Program-made: the position numbers and the translations under genes
NCBI GenBank assembly: GCA_009782915.1
Contig: WRIC01000003.1
Span: forward strand, 15,195 to 79,194
DNA: 64,000 bases
Source of the DNA: Propionibacteriaceae bacterium
Lineage (GTDB): Bacteria; Actinomycetota; Actinomycetes; Propionibacteriales; Propionibacteriaceae
Reading direction: 5' to 3'
In this document: piece after piece, positions 17,183-27,826 of the stretch
Layout: each line of letters begins with the position of its first letter
Position numbering within the stretch: the first letter of the stretch is position 1
The notes under the pieces: generated by a model
The model's input: only the letters and a program-made list of their open reading frames with translations
What the model was told of the DNA's origin: nothing
The model's database searches: none

Positions 17183-17210
17183 GTACGGGGCCGCTGACGC
17201 GACCCCGTAC
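17183..17210 (-). terminator. Hairpin GTACGGGG-N12-CCCCGTAC followed on the minus strand by TTATTTG; possible terminator or attenuator between cydB and cydDC
   Basis: By direct reading the stem is 8 bp and the U-tract is weak. Confidence 0.4.
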
Positions 17211-17229
17211 GTTGGTTTAGTGACAATGA

Positions 17230-18381
17230 TCAGTTCTGTGTGTTGACTGTCAAAGCAGGAATACTCACCGTGTTCAGGCGGCGCCTGAAGACGAAGAAGT
17301 AGCTCCATGCTGTGTAAGCCAGAACCACAGGCACCAAGCACACGGCCGCGATGGTCATGAGCGTGAGTGTGTGATTCGAGGAAGCAGCACTGGTCATATC
17401 GATCAGGGTCTTGTCAGCGAAGCCGAGGCCCGTGTTCATGTGGAGGAAGATCATCACAACGAGCATGGCTGTTGCGATAGTCGTACCAATGAACGCCCAT
17501 CCGTCACGCTTCTTGGAGTTCATCCACCAAGCGAAGCACAGACCGGCAAGGGCCAAGATTCCGACAACCCAGGCGAGCAGACCGAACAGGTCGGTTGCAC
17601 CTTCACCGGGGAACCAGGGAACACCCAGTACACCGTTCGGGCCCATGCGGAGGTTACCCCAGACCACGAAGATCAGCATGAGAACTGCTGCCACGAGGCC
17701 GAGAGTGCTACCGTATTCTTGGGCACGATCATGGACGGCACCCCTGGTCTTCAACGCCACGAAGTATGCTCCGTGTGCGAGGAAGAGGGCAACAAACAAC
17801 AGGCCACCAACAAGGGCGAAGACGTTGGTCAACACCACGAGCAGGAGGTTCCATTGATCGAGTCCACCGGCCACAAAGACCGCTTCGTTACCGAAGGCAG
17901 CTGGGGCCATACCCACTGGAATACCAGCGAGGAACCATGCGAAACCAACACCGAGAACCAGTGCGGGGATGAATGATCCAATGGCCATCAGCCAATCCCA
18001 GGTGTACCTCCACTGGGGGGCTTCCCTCTTGGAACGATACTCGAAGGCGACACCACGAAGGATGAGGCCAACAAGGACCAGGAACAAGGGGAGATACAAA
18101 CCGGAGAAGAGGGTTGCATACCAGGCTGGGAAAGCGGCGAATGTCGCACCACCAGCGGTCAGCAACCATACTTCGTTACCATCCCAGTGAGGTCCAATGG
18201 TGTTGATAACCACGCGACGTGCCTGGTCATCTTTGCCCTTCTCGCCTTTACCGAGGAAGGGAACCAACATTGCGACACCAAAGTCGAATCCTTCAAGAAC
18301 GAAGAACCCAATCCAGAGCACCGCAACAAGAATGATCCACAGTGGCTGTAGGCCGAAAGCTTCAGCAGCTAAAATAGTCAT
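17230..18381 (-). CDS. cydB: Cytochrome bd ubiquinol/menaquinol oxidase subunit II
   Basis: 383-aa polytopic protein with a typical CydB N-terminus (LQPLWIILVAVLWIGFFVLEGFDFGVAML). It starts 14 nt downstream of cydA. Confidence 0.9.
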   Translation of the reverse strand: MTILAAEAFGLQPLWIILVAVLWIGFFVLEGFDFGVAMLVPFLGKGEKGKDDQARRVVINTIGPHWDGNEVWLLTAGGATFAAFPAWYATLFSGLYLPLFLVLVGLILRGVAFEYRSKREAPQWRYTWDWLMAIGSFIPALVLGVGFAWFLAGIPVGMAPAAFGNEAVFVAGGLDQWNLLLVVLTNVFALVGGLLFVALFLAHGAYFVALKTRGAVHDRAQEYGSTLGLVAAVLMLIFVVWGNLRMGPNGVLGVPWFPGEGATDLFGLLAWVVGILALAGLCFAWWMNSKKRDGWAFIGTTIATAMLVVMIFLHMNTGLGFADKTLIDMTSAASSNHTLTLMTIAAVCLVPVVLAYTAWSYFFVFRRRLNTVSIPALTVNTQN

Positions 18382-18395
18382 GATTCATTCCTTTC

Positions 18396-19871
18396 TCAGT
18401 ACGCGAAGGAGAGCTCTTCGCCCTCATCCTTGATGGAAACCTTTTCAGCGGCTGGCAGACCCATCTTGATGTACTTGAGCAACAGGCCGACCTCAACTAC
18501 TGCGAGGAGACCATAGATTGCGGTGTACAACACCAGGGACAACCAGACGGGACCCGTACCCACAGTGGGGGAAAGGCCTTGAAGTGTTGGCATAACGCCG
18601 TTGACGATCCAGGGCTGACGACCCATCTCGGTGAAAATCCAACCGAAAGAGTTCGCAAGCAACGGAAGCACAGGCATGCAGATAGCCAAGCAGGTCCAGA
18701 ACCAACCGGGGTTTGGAACCTTGCCACCGCGTGTGACAACGAGCATCACGATGCCGCCCAGCATAGCTAGGAAGCCAATACCCATCATCAAGCGGAAGCT
18801 CCAGAAGGAAACACCCACGCTGGGGACCATGTTAGCTTCAGCCAACGACCCTTGGATAGCGGAATAGGAGGTGGTTTGTAGAGACGAACCTTCCACCCAT
18901 TCGCCAGCCTTACGATCAAAGAACCGATAGCCGTTGGGGCCAATCTGATTTGCTTTGACATCGTCAATGGTTTGAATGTTCTTCGTACCATAGAGCCAGT
19001 TCAGCAAACCTGGGAATACTTCAGCCTTGGGAACGATCTGGAAGCCAACCTTGGCAGAGTCAGCGAGTGGCTCTTTCAGGTTTTCAGCGGCAGCCATCTT
19101 CATGGGCTGGTGTGTCACCAGCTGCTTTCCGAGGAAGTCGCCAGTCACGATGGTGAAAACGCCAGCGATGACGAGAACCCATGCGCCCATCTTGAGGCCC
19201 TTGCGGTACGCGGTCAAGTCACCCTTGGGTGCCTTCTCCTTGGAATTCTTGACCAAGAGATAGAAAGCAGCACCAGCCATGAAACCACCAGCTGTCACGA
19301 AGGACGCTGCGATGGTGTGTGGCCACTGGGTGAGGAAGGCCGGGTTCAAGATCACCTGAAGGAGGCTATCCAGCTCTGCGCGCTGGGTGGCCGGGTTGTA
19401 GCTTGCACCCGTGGGGTTCTGCATCCACGCATTAGCTGCGACGATGAAGATTGATGAAATGAAGGTACCAATCGCGCCAAGCCAAATGGTGACGAGGTGG
19501 GCCTTCTTGGACAAGCGATCCCACCCGAAGATCCACATTCCAAGGAAGGTGGATTCGAGGAAGAACGCGATAAGGGCTTCAAGGGCGAGAGGAGCACCGA
19601 AGATGTCCCCGACGAAGCGGGAATACTCCGACCAGTTCATACCGAACTGGAACTCCTGCACGATACCCGTGACAACCCCCATTGCGAAGTTAATCAGAAA
19701 CAAACGTCCAAAGAACTTCGTCAAACGCAAATAGGCATCATTGCCTGTTTTGTTCCAGATGGTCTGTAGCACCGCGGTCAACACACTCAATGCGATCGTG
19801 AGAGGCACGAACAAGAAGTGGTAGACCGTTGTGATGCCAAACTGCCACCTGGCAATGGTATCCGGACTCAT
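18396..19871 (-). CDS. cydA: Cytochrome bd oxidase subunit I (proximal copy)
   Basis: 491 aa with WQFGITTVYHF (haem ligand His), WPHT, a Q-loop and GWIFTEMGRQPW. Confidence 0.9.
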   Translation of the reverse strand: MSPDTIARWQFGITTVYHFLFVPLTIALSVLTAVLQTIWNKTGNDAYLRLTKFFGRLFLINFAMGVVTGIVQEFQFGMNWSEYSRFVGDIFGAPLALEALIAFFLESTFLGMWIFGWDRLSKKAHLVTIWLGAIGTFISSIFIVAANAWMQNPTGASYNPATQRAELDSLLQVILNPAFLTQWPHTIAASFVTAGGFMAGAAFYLLVKNSKEKAPKGDLTAYRKGLKMGAWVLVIAGVFTIVTGDFLGKQLVTHQPMKMAAAENLKEPLADSAKVGFQIVPKAEVFPGLLNWLYGTKNIQTIDDVKANQIGPNGYRFFDRKAGEWVEGSSLQTTSYSAIQGSLAEANMVPSVGVSFWSFRLMMGIGFLAMLGGIVMLVVTRGGKVPNPGWFWTCLAICMPVLPLLANSFGWIFTEMGRQPWIVNGVMPTLQGLSPTVGTGPVWLSLVLYTAIYGLLAVVEVGLLLKYIKMGLPAAEKVSIKDEGEELSFAY

Positions 19872-20033
19872 AGCGGAAAACTTATCGTTTTCTCCAAGCT
19901 AATGCAATTCACCTGTCCTTATTAATGAACAGGCTTGCGAAGATAACTTTCATCCTGTAGTGCATGGCTTGGACACCGATGACATCTTCTCAACGGTGCT
20001 GATGTTTCTTTGGAGGGTACGAGTTGGGCCTTT

Positions 20034-21542
20034 TTAGTACGCAAAGGAGAGCTCATCATCGTCATTTTTGATGGTGATCTCTTCAGCTTCTGGTAAACCC
20101 ATCTTGATGTATTTCAGCAACAAACCAACCTCGACCACTGCGAGCACCCCATACAAGACAGTGAACCCGATCAGTGTGAACAGTGCAGGGCCTGTCCCCA
20201 CAAACGGAGAGTGGCCTTCAGCGGTGGTCATGACACCGTTGACGATCCAGGGTTGGCGTACCATTTCTGTAAAAATCCATCCGAAGGAATTACCCAGCAG
20301 CGGGAACAGCGGCAGTGCGAGACACACCAGTGTCCACAGCTTGCGAGGTTGAGGTATCTTTTTTCTGTCTGTGGCAACCAGGAGGAGGATTCCACCCACA
20401 CCGGCCAGGAAACCTAGTCCCATCATCAAACGGAAACTCCAGAAGGCGACTGGAACATTGGGTGCAATGGAGTAGGAGTCCGGAACATGATCGTTGACCC
20501 CATAGTTCAGATAGAGCACACTGCTTTCTCCGTACTGCAAAGGTGTTCCTTCGATCCATCTCCCATTAGGAGAGGTACGGTCCCAGTGATGATACCCCTG
20601 AGTGTCCACTTGGTATGTCAGGATTGTTTCCATATCTGGGGCGATCATTGTTCCATAAAGTACGTTGATCAGTCCCGGGAAAACCTCAACACCCGGAATG
20701 ATCTGGAAACCAACCTCCCCGCCTTTGCCCACATACTCAGGGGACAACAGGTTTTCTGCTGCCGCCATTTTGATGGGTTGGCTGACCACCATTTCTTTGC
20801 CCAACAAATCACCAGTGATGACAGTGAGCACCCCGGAGACGATCAGAATCCAGGAACCAAACCGCAGCCCCGTACGATAGGCACTCACATCATCTGCAGG
20901 GGCCTTGTCGCGGGCTTTGGTGACGAAGAGGTAGAAAGCTATCCCAGCCATAAAACCACTACCCACCATCATGGAGGTGGCGATGGTGTGAGGCCATTGG
21001 GTGAGGAACACCGGGTTGGCGATGACTTCGGTGAAGCTATCCAAGGTGGCACGATTCTGCTCAGGATCATAATGTGCCCCGGTGGGATTTTGCATCCATG
21101 CATTAGCGGCAACAATAAAGATTGATGAAATAACCGTACCCATCGCTGCAATCCAGATGGACAACAGATGAACCCTCTTCGACAAACGGTCCCACCCGAA
21201 GATCCATATCCCCAAGAAAGTGGATTCGAGGAAGAACGCAATCAGAGCTTCCAGGGCCAGTGGAGCGCCGAAGATGTCCCCCACAAAACGGGAATACTCC
21301 GACCAGCCCATGCCGAATTGAAACTCCTGCACGATGCCTGTGACAACCCCCATAGCGAAGTTGATCAAAAACAGACGCCCAAAGAACCTGGTTAACCGCA
21401 AGTAGGCATCTTTGTCTGTGTTGTACCACAGGCTCTGCAACACCGCTGTGAGCACACTCATAGATATGGTCAGAGGTACGAACAGGTAGTGGTAAACCGT
21501 GGTGATGCCAAACTGCCAGCGAGCAAGACTATCCGGACTCAT
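20034..21542 (-). CDS. cydA: Cytochrome bd oxidase subunit I paralog (distal copy) with no cognate cydB of its own
   Basis: 502 aa. It has a very similar N-terminal 260 aa and C-terminal region to 18396..19871 but a divergent, longer Q-loop segment. It carries its own related leader sequence. Confidence 0.85.
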   Translation of the reverse strand: MSPDSLARWQFGITTVYHYLFVPLTISMSVLTAVLQSLWYNTDKDAYLRLTRFFGRLFLINFAMGVVTGIVQEFQFGMGWSEYSRFVGDIFGAPLALEALIAFFLESTFLGIWIFGWDRLSKRVHLLSIWIAAMGTVISSIFIVAANAWMQNPTGAHYDPEQNRATLDSFTEVIANPVFLTQWPHTIATSMMVGSGFMAGIAFYLFVTKARDKAPADDVSAYRTGLRFGSWILIVSGVLTVITGDLLGKEMVVSQPIKMAAAENLLSPEYVGKGGEVGFQIIPGVEVFPGLINVLYGTMIAPDMETILTYQVDTQGYHHWDRTSPNGRWIEGTPLQYGESSVLYLNYGVNDHVPDSYSIAPNVPVAFWSFRLMMGLGFLAGVGGILLLVATDRKKIPQPRKLWTLVCLALPLFPLLGNSFGWIFTEMVRQPWIVNGVMTTAEGHSPFVGTGPALFTLIGFTVLYGVLAVVEVGLLLKYIKMGLPEAEEITIKNDDDELSFAY

Positions 21543-21639
21543 AAGCTGAAACTTATTCGGTTCTCAAGACTAAAGCAATTTTTGGCACCCCAATCAGCTA
21601 CACTGGGTGATACCTGCCACCATGAAAAAGGAGCCCATC

Positions 21640-22401
21640 ATGGGAACTGCCCTCATTATTATTGTCATCCTCGCTGTTTTGATCGTACTGTGGATTATTG
21701 GTGTCTATAACCGTATGGTCAAAGCCGAGAATCAGGTCGAATCGTCGTGGAACCAAATCGATGTGGAACTTCATCGCCGTTATGATCTCATCCCGAATCT
21801 GGTCAACACTATTAAAGGTGCGACCTCCCATGAGCAGGACACCTTGGAGGGTGTCATTGGGTTGAGGAATTTCGCTGCTGGTTTGGCAGGTTCCAAAGCT
21901 GACCCGGCAGCACGTGCCAAAGCCGAGGAGCAGTTGACTTCACAGCTGAGGAGCCTGGTGAATGTGACGATCGAAAGATATCCGGAGCTGAAAGCGAACG
22001 AGAACTTCCTGAAGATGCAGGATGATTTGAAAATGATTGAGGATCGTCTCGCCAATGCACGCCGGTATTACAATGCGAATGTTGAAAACTTCAACACTCT
22101 CATCAAGTCTTTCCCGAATTCGATGATCGCGGGTGGTCGCTTCACGAAGGCGACATACTTCCAGATCCAGGATCCCGAGTTGCGCTCCAACCCGGTTGTT
22201 GATTTTGGTACGCCATCAGCTGCCGCAGCCCCCGCAGCTGCTCCCGCTGCCGTACCTGAAGTGGCTGCTGCTCCTGCCCCAGCAGAAACCCCGATGATCC
22301 CCACCCAGGTCTCTGATCCTTTCCCGGAAACCCCAGCACCGGCTGGTGACTATTCCCAACCGGATTTCTCCCAGCCATCTGGGGTGAAAGACGACAAGTA
22401 A
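21640..22401 (+). CDS. lemA: LemA family protein
   Basis: It has an N-terminal TM segment (ALIIIVILAVLIVLWIIGVY) and the LemA signature ARRYYNANVENFN. I chose the start at the ATG preceded by AAGGAG (21628-21633). The track ORF begins at 21607. Confidence 0.85.
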   Translation: MGTALIIIVILAVLIVLWIIGVYNRMVKAENQVESSWNQIDVELHRRYDLIPNLVNTIKGATSHEQDTLEGVIGLRNFAAGLAGSKADPAARAKAEEQLTSQLRSLVNVTIERYPELKANENFLKMQDDLKMIEDRLANARRYYNANVENFNTLIKSFPNSMIAGGRFTKATYFQIQDPELRSNPVVDFGTPSAAAAPAAAPAAVPEVAAAPAPAETPMIPTQVSDPFPETPAPAGDYSQPDFSQPSGVKDDK

Positions 22402-23118
22402 GTGTTGAAAGACGACAAATACGAGAATCTAGCAAGTGCCCCCTATCCGATTGTTATCTTCGACATCGATGGGACACTGATCAACACCATCGATCTCATT
22501 GTTGCCTCCTATCGCCATGCCCTGATGAGTGTTGTGGGTGAGGAAGGCGATGAGACGGAGATTCGTCGCTGGATTGGTCGCCCACTCATGGACGCCTTTG
22601 GCAGCCTCCACCCGGACAAAGCCCCTGAGTTGCTCGACACCTATCTCGAATGGAACCACCAACACACCCCAGAGATGCTCGCCGAGTACGAGGGTGTCTC
22701 ACAGATGATTGATGATCTTCTTGATTCATCTCTGCGCATAGGTGCTGCCACCTCGAAACGCCGTGAACCAGCACGGTGGTGCCTGGAACTAGCTGGGTTA
22801 GCTGGTCGCGTACCACTACTGGCAGCCGCAGAGGACACCACCGCCCACAAACCCCATCCCGAACCCCTGTTGCATGCCTTGGCCCATCTCGGTGGTCACC
22901 CCAGCGAGGCTGTCTATGTTGGGGATGCTGTGGTCGACATCCAAGCCGCGCACGCAGCGGGCATGGATTCGATAGCGGTCACTTGGGGAGCAGGGGTGGA
23001 ACGTGACCTTCGAGACGGTCAACCCACCGCCATGGTGAACACGATTGGCCAATTAACAAATATTCTTCTCGGCTCCTCCCCCACGCTCACCACACCACCG
23101 TCCGAGGGAATTTTCTAG
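22402..23118 (+). CDS. HAD-superfamily hydrolase (phosphoglycolate phosphatase / PpaX-like)
   Basis: Motif I FDIDGTL, motif II ATSK, motif IV VGDAVVD. The GTG start directly abuts the lemA stop. Confidence 0.8.
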   Translation: MLKDDKYENLASAPYPIVIFDIDGTLINTIDLIVASYRHALMSVVGEEGDETEIRRWIGRPLMDAFGSLHPDKAPELLDTYLEWNHQHTPEMLAEYEGVSQMIDDLLDSSLRIGAATSKRREPARWCLELAGLAGRVPLLAAAEDTTAHKPHPEPLLHALAHLGGHPSEAVYVGDAVVDIQAAHAAGMDSIAVTWGAGVERDLRDGQPTAMVNTIGQLTNILLGSSPTLTTPPSEGIF

Positions 23119-23198
23119 AAAATATGAGCTTTCGTGAGAAAACTCTTGTGAGAGGGGCTTGGTATTCCTCCTTGTCAACTGGGGGAATCCCGTGAAGC

Positions 23199-23229
23199 TT
23201 GACCGCTATTCGCGCCCACTAGGTAGAAT
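23199..23229 (+). promoter_or_regulatory. Possible promoter (TTGACC-19 nt-TAGAAT) for the large secreted-protein gene
   Basis: The hexamers were read directly, but the spacer is longer than optimal. It would give a 5' UTR of about 175 nt. Confidence 0.3.
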
Positions 23230-23409
23230 CTCATAGTGGATTCCATGCCAGCGGGACACAGCTTTCGATGTCTGGAGTCACTGTGATAACGCCACCGACC
23301 GGCGCAAGGGAAGCGTCGCCCAACCATCCACCCAGATCATGAAACGGGGGAACCACCTCATGAGAAACACATTAGTTCATTCCTCCGACGTGTTTTCGTA
23401 GGAGAAACA

Positions 23410-26400
23410 ATGAAAAAGATCATACCCACACTTCTAGCACTCGTCATGCTGGCCTTCCTCGTACCTTTTTCTGCATCCGCAGAACAAAAGGTATCCAACC
23501 CAACCGTACGCGGGGGAATCGATGGACTCGACTCCAACCCACTCGTCGGCGAACACAACAGCTATGCCTGGTGTAGCGAGATGTTCCACCAAACAGAAGG
23601 CGACTATCTGTGGGTGGGCATGAACAGGGACCTCGCCGGGAATATTCTCGCCCGTGGCGCCAACAACACCCCCGGGATGTATCAAGTTTTCTCCATCCCT
23701 GAACCCAATGGTGACATGGCTGGAAGGATCTACCGGCAACGAGCCTCCGATCCTGATGCCGCGTGGGAACTGGTCTATGCCAGCCCGATTGTTTCCGGGT
23801 TCCGTCGAATGATCGTCTTCAATGACGACCTCTATGTGGTCGGTGCCACCACGAACACACCCGTGGCTGACTATTCCATGGTCTTCCGCTTCTCCAAAGA
23901 CTTCAAACCCGGTGACAAGCCAGAGATCGTTTTCTGGGAGAATCTGCCCAGCGACAACAACGAGCACTTCCGTGCAGCCACAGCCACCGACACTGAACTT
24001 TACGTAGGCACCTTCGATTCGAAGATCTATGTGACCAATGGGCGTGATCTGACCAACCTGACACCGAATGCTGGCAACAACTCTGTTGGATGGACGCAGT
24101 TCATCGACTTCGCTGACTATGGGATCACCGACTCCGTCTGGGATATTTTGGCCTTCAACGGTTCCATCTATGCCTTCCTCGCCTACAAGGCTTATCTCGA
24201 TCCGGCCACCATTACTAGCGCTGAGGATATCGAGTTGCGTGGATTCCGCGTGGTCAAGATCACACCAGGGCCGAATGGTTTGGACGTACGAGAAATCGTG
24301 GGTGATGACGGTTCGCCGTACCCCTTCGGAATGGGCTCCACCTCCACGGCTTCAGCTTCCGGATTCCTGTCCACCACCTTCGACAAAGACTATGTCTATG
24401 TCACTACCTTTGCCTCCGGACCAGCCATTGCTGTTGCCATGTTGCGTGGATACTACAAAGAAGCCTTCACCATGCTCTTTGCGCCCGCCCAGATCTACCG
24501 TTTTGATGATCAAGACAAGTGGGAGGTTCTCGTTGGTGATCGCCAAGGGGATCGTGTGGCTGTTGATTCCGCTGGGCGACCCGTACCCCATGTGGGCAAT
24601 CAGCGCGCTGGCTTCTCACTCCTACCAGATGACAAAGCCAACGTGTCCTTCAACCAATACACCTGGTGGATGGCTGAGCATGAAGGAAAGCTGTACGCCA
24701 CCACCTGGGATATGAGCACCTTCAAGGAACAGTACGCGGTGTTCACCAACAGGTATATCGACACCCAGCGCCCCGGTGCGGGAGCCGTCCTCAATGCTCA
24801 CTATGCTGATCTTGCACGACTCCATTTCTTGTTGATGCGTGACGCTCACCTGATCGACTTTGATGCCATCGCCACCAGTTTGGATATGTATCTCCAAGGG
24901 ATCGAAGGAACCACTATTGAAACCCCCGAAGAGTTGCGGGGAATCGTCCAAGGAGCCGTAGGCATTATAGCTAGGGCTCTGCCAACCGCTGACTTCCGAG
25001 CAGCGATATTGTGGCTGATCGATATCATCATCGAAGTCATTGAAGAAACCGACGACAACGAACTCAGCGCCCGTGAACTCACAGCATTGATCATGGAGTA
25101 TTTCTCCTTCACCAGCGAATACTTCGCTGACGGATCAGATCCTGCTGGATTTGATCTGTTCGTCACCGACGATGGCCGCAACTTCAACCCTGTGACCGTC
25201 AACGGTTTCGGCGACAAGTTCAACTATGGCGGACGCGTGATGGTCTCCTCTGAGCATGGACTCCATGTGATGACCGCCAACCCCTTCAAAGGTGGGCAAG
25301 TCTGGAGAGCCGACCCCATGACCCTCGGGGTTTATCCCAATGGACCAACACAGGTGTCGTTGTCGAAGAACTCATCAACAGTGATGACCGTACTGGTCAC
25401 AGACGCCGGGTCAACAAATTCCACCCTGCAGATGAACTACAACAGTGCCATTGTCACTGCACAACTCATCAAGAGGGCAACCACAGATGTGGACGACATC
25501 ACGTGGGACAACCGGATTGTCATGAACCCTGCCAAGAACACTCGACAATATGTGGTTACTGAGACAGTCAACACCCATAAGGCCGACATCTATGATGTGG
25601 TGCTGACACCGAATGCCAGTGGGCGCGAAGATGTGACCCTCACCTTCTCGATTGATGGGATCGCCGCCTCGCGTACTGTCAACGTCGGTGTCAACTCAAC
25701 CACCCCCGGCGATAAATCCGCTCTGGCGAGTCTCATCAACGAGGCCAGCTATCTGAGCCGGTCCGACTACGAAACCGACTCGTGGAAGGTCTTCCTGTTG
25801 GCCTACACCGAGGCCCTGACCATCTACAACAAGAACGCCTCACAAGCAGAAATCAGTGCAGCCATTCTGGGGCTCACCCTTGCCATGGATGGTCTGGTGT
25901 TGTCTGTCGCACCCGAGGGATACACCACGATCACCACTGAGGATGACCTGAGAAAGATGAAGGTCAACGGCAAATATTGGCTAGCCAACGACATCGAACT
26001 CACCAAACCGTGGGCGCCCATCGCCCACTTCACCGGCACCCTGGATGGCAACGGCCACACCATCAGTGGGCTAACCATCAACAACCCGAACCTCTGCGAT
26101 CAAGGTATGTTCCGCTACGCCACTAGTGGAGCCACCTTCAAAGACCTCGAACTCGTGGTCTCTGACGCTGGTGTGAAAGGCTACTGCCACGTTGGGGCCC
26201 TGGTTGGTTTGGCCGACGGAGTCAAGATCATTGGTGTACGGGTCAACCTGGGAGATGGCGGTGTCAACGGCTACATCTATGTCGGTGGAATTGTTGGGCG
26301 AGCCAACAACTCGGTCATCGCTGGCTCCTTCGTTTATGGACGAAACGGACTCAACGAGATCTATGCTGGTCATCCCGAATCCAAGGCGGATGTTCACGTC

Positions 26401-27810
26401 CAAGCTCGCTACACCGTTGACAGCTGGGTTGGTGGCATGGTCGGATACTCGTACCACACCGCTATCTCGTCTAGCGCCTCGTACGTCAATGTCACTGGTT
26501 ATTCCGGCGTGGGTGGCCTCGTGGGCTACGCCTATGGGACAGGAATCGAAAACTCCTTCGCCCGTGGATATGTCCATGGTTTGGTGACCACGACGGGAAC
26601 CGCTGCCAAACCTGTGATCCACTATGGTGAAAACATCGGTGGTCTCATTGGCACGGTTGCTGGGACCTGTGCCTTCGAGAATGTGTACGCCACAGGTGTG
26701 GTGGAAAGTGATGGGAACCGTCGGATCAATCCTTTGATTGGGTACGCCTCCAGCCACGCTATCTTCCGTGGACACAGCTACTATGACACCGATGTGGCAG
26801 CCAAGTCCACCGTCGGTGAGCAGGACATGTCTAACCTGTCCGATCAAAGAGTCCATGGGGTCTCCACCGCTGACATGCGTTCGATCAAGACCTTCACCAA
26901 GGGTGGGGCCACCTGGGACTTCGACACCATCTTCGATATCGGCTGGTTCAATGGCACCCCCGCTGCGACGGACACCTATCCGTACTTCAAGCTGGGACTA
27001 GCCCTGCAATCGAGCCCGCCGATCATTCGCGGAGTCACCTCGAGTTCATCGACCATCACTGGGGTGGGAACTAGTGCTGCGGCCACAATCGCAGTGACCC
27101 TGCCCACGGGTGCAACCGTGCAAACCTACACCGACAACAACCTCGAATGGAGCGTCCAGGTTCCACCATCGGTCACGTTGGAGGAGGGCGATGAGATTCA
27201 GGTGACGCAGATCGAAGTGGGTCTGGAAGAAAGTCAGCCCGCCCAAGTGGTTGTGGAATCCTATAGCCCAATCAACATCACTGCGACCATGGATGTGGAC
27301 AACCGTAGTGGGGCTACTGGCCAGCAGCAGATCGGTGACGTACTGAGGTATTCGGTGACTATCACCAACACTGGGCTCGAATCCCAGTGGGCGGATCGTC
27401 TCCAGATTGTTGAGGTTGTTCCCCAAGGAATGACACTGATTCCTGGGACCGTACGTTATGGGTCCGACACTGTTCGTGGAACATCGTTGAGCTACGCTGT
27501 TCCCCAGAATTCGAGCACAACCAGTGTTCGTGGGTATTCTATGAACACCACAACCGGGAAACTGGAGATTCGTTTGGGCGATGTGAAACTTGCTGGTGGG
27601 ACAAGTATCACCATCGAATTCGATGTTCGCATCGATTCTCTAGGCAAGACCACGGTGTTGAAGGGTACTGAGGTGATCGCCAACCGCGTCTCCTTGGATT
27701 CCCCAGACAACAACGTGATCACCTGGGTGCTCATTGACCAGGAGGGAACCACTCATCAGTCATCCGAGATCACACAGCAGTGCCTGATCTCGCCAGACAC
27801 CGACGAGTAA
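23410..27810 (+). CDS. Large secreted multidomain surface/adhesin-like protein (GLUG-type repeats, Ig-like domain, DUF11-like C-terminal repeat); no LPXTG signal
   Basis: 1466 aa. The signal peptide is MKKIIPTLLALVMLAFLVPFSASA. A FIVAR-like three-helix segment follows (DKSALASLINEA...). There are repeated GGLVG/GGIVG/GGMVG GLUG-like motifs around nt 26050-26700. A DUF11-like segment, DVLRYSVTITNTGLES...VVPQGMTLIPGTVRY, is also present. An AGGAG RBS precedes the start. Confidence 0.8.
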   Translation: MKKIIPTLLALVMLAFLVPFSASAEQKVSNPTVRGGIDGLDSNPLVGEHNSYAWCSEMFHQTEGDYLWVGMNRDLAGNILARGANNTPGMYQVFSIPEPNGDMAGRIYRQRASDPDAAWELVYASPIVSGFRRMIVFNDDLYVVGATTNTPVADYSMVFRFSKDFKPGDKPEIVFWENLPSDNNEHFRAATATDTELYVGTFDSKIYVTNGRDLTNLTPNAGNNSVGWTQFIDFADYGITDSVWDILAFNGSIYAFLAYKAYLDPATITSAEDIELRGFRVVKITPGPNGLDVREIVGDDGSPYPFGMGSTSTASASGFLSTTFDKDYVYVTTFASGPAIAVAMLRGYYKEAFTMLFAPAQIYRFDDQDKWEVLVGDRQGDRVAVDSAGRPVPHVGNQRAGFSLLPDDKANVSFNQYTWWMAEHEGKLYATTWDMSTFKEQYAVFTNRYIDTQRPGAGAVLNAHYADLARLHFLLMRDAHLIDFDAIATSLDMYLQGIEGTTIETPEELRGIVQGAVGIIARALPTADFRAAILWLIDIIIEVIEETDDNELSARELTALIMEYFSFTSEYFADGSDPAGFDLFVTDDGRNFNPVTVNGFGDKFNYGGRVMVSSEHGLHVMTANPFKGGQVWRADPMTLGVYPNGPTQVSLSKNSSTVMTVLVTDAGSTNSTLQMNYNSAIVTAQLIKRATTDVDDITWDNRIVMNPAKNTRQYVVTETVNTHKADIYDVVLTPNASGREDVTLTFSIDGIAASRTVNVGVNSTTPGDKSALASLINEASYLSRSDYETDSWKVFLLAYTEALTIYNKNASQAEISAAILGLTLAMDGLVLSVAPEGYTTITTEDDLRKMKVNGKYWLANDIELTKPWAPIAHFTGTLDGNGHTISGLTINNPNLCDQGMFRYATSGATFKDLELVVSDAGVKGYCHVGALVGLADGVKIIGVRVNLGDGGVNGYIYVGGIVGRANNSVIAGSFVYGRNGLNEIYAGHPESKADVHVQARYTVDSWVGGMVGYSYHTAISSSASYVNVTGYSGVGGLVGYAYGTGIENSFARGYVHGLVTTTGTAAKPVIHYGENIGGLIGTVAGTCAFENVYATGVVESDGNRRINPLIGYASSHAIFRGHSYYDTDVAAKSTVGEQDMSNLSDQRVHGVSTADMRSIKTFTKGGATWDFDTIFDIGWFNGTPAATDTYPYFKLGLALQSSPPIIRGVTSSSSTITGVGTSAAATIAVTLPTGATVQTYTDNNLEWSVQVPPSVTLEEGDEIQVTQIEVGLEESQPAQVVVESYSPINITATMDVDNRSGATGQQQIGDVLRYSVTITNTGLESQWADRLQIVEVVPQGMTLIPGTVRYGSDTVRGTSLSYAVPQNSSTTSVRGYSMNTTTGKLEIRLGDVKLAGGTSITIEFDVRIDSLGKTTVLKGTEVIANRVSLDSPDNNVITWVLIDQEGTTHQSSEITQQCLISPDTDE

Positions 27811-27826
27811 AGCCGGGGGAATCACA

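Noticed and set aside
22384-22420. Direct repeat GTGAAAGACGACAA(G/A)TA... spanning the lemA stop and the HAD start, encoding VKDDK* then MLKDDKY
   Set aside because: It is a short duplication of about 14 nt. It is most simply a slippage remnant at a gene junction, with no further structure or recurrence.
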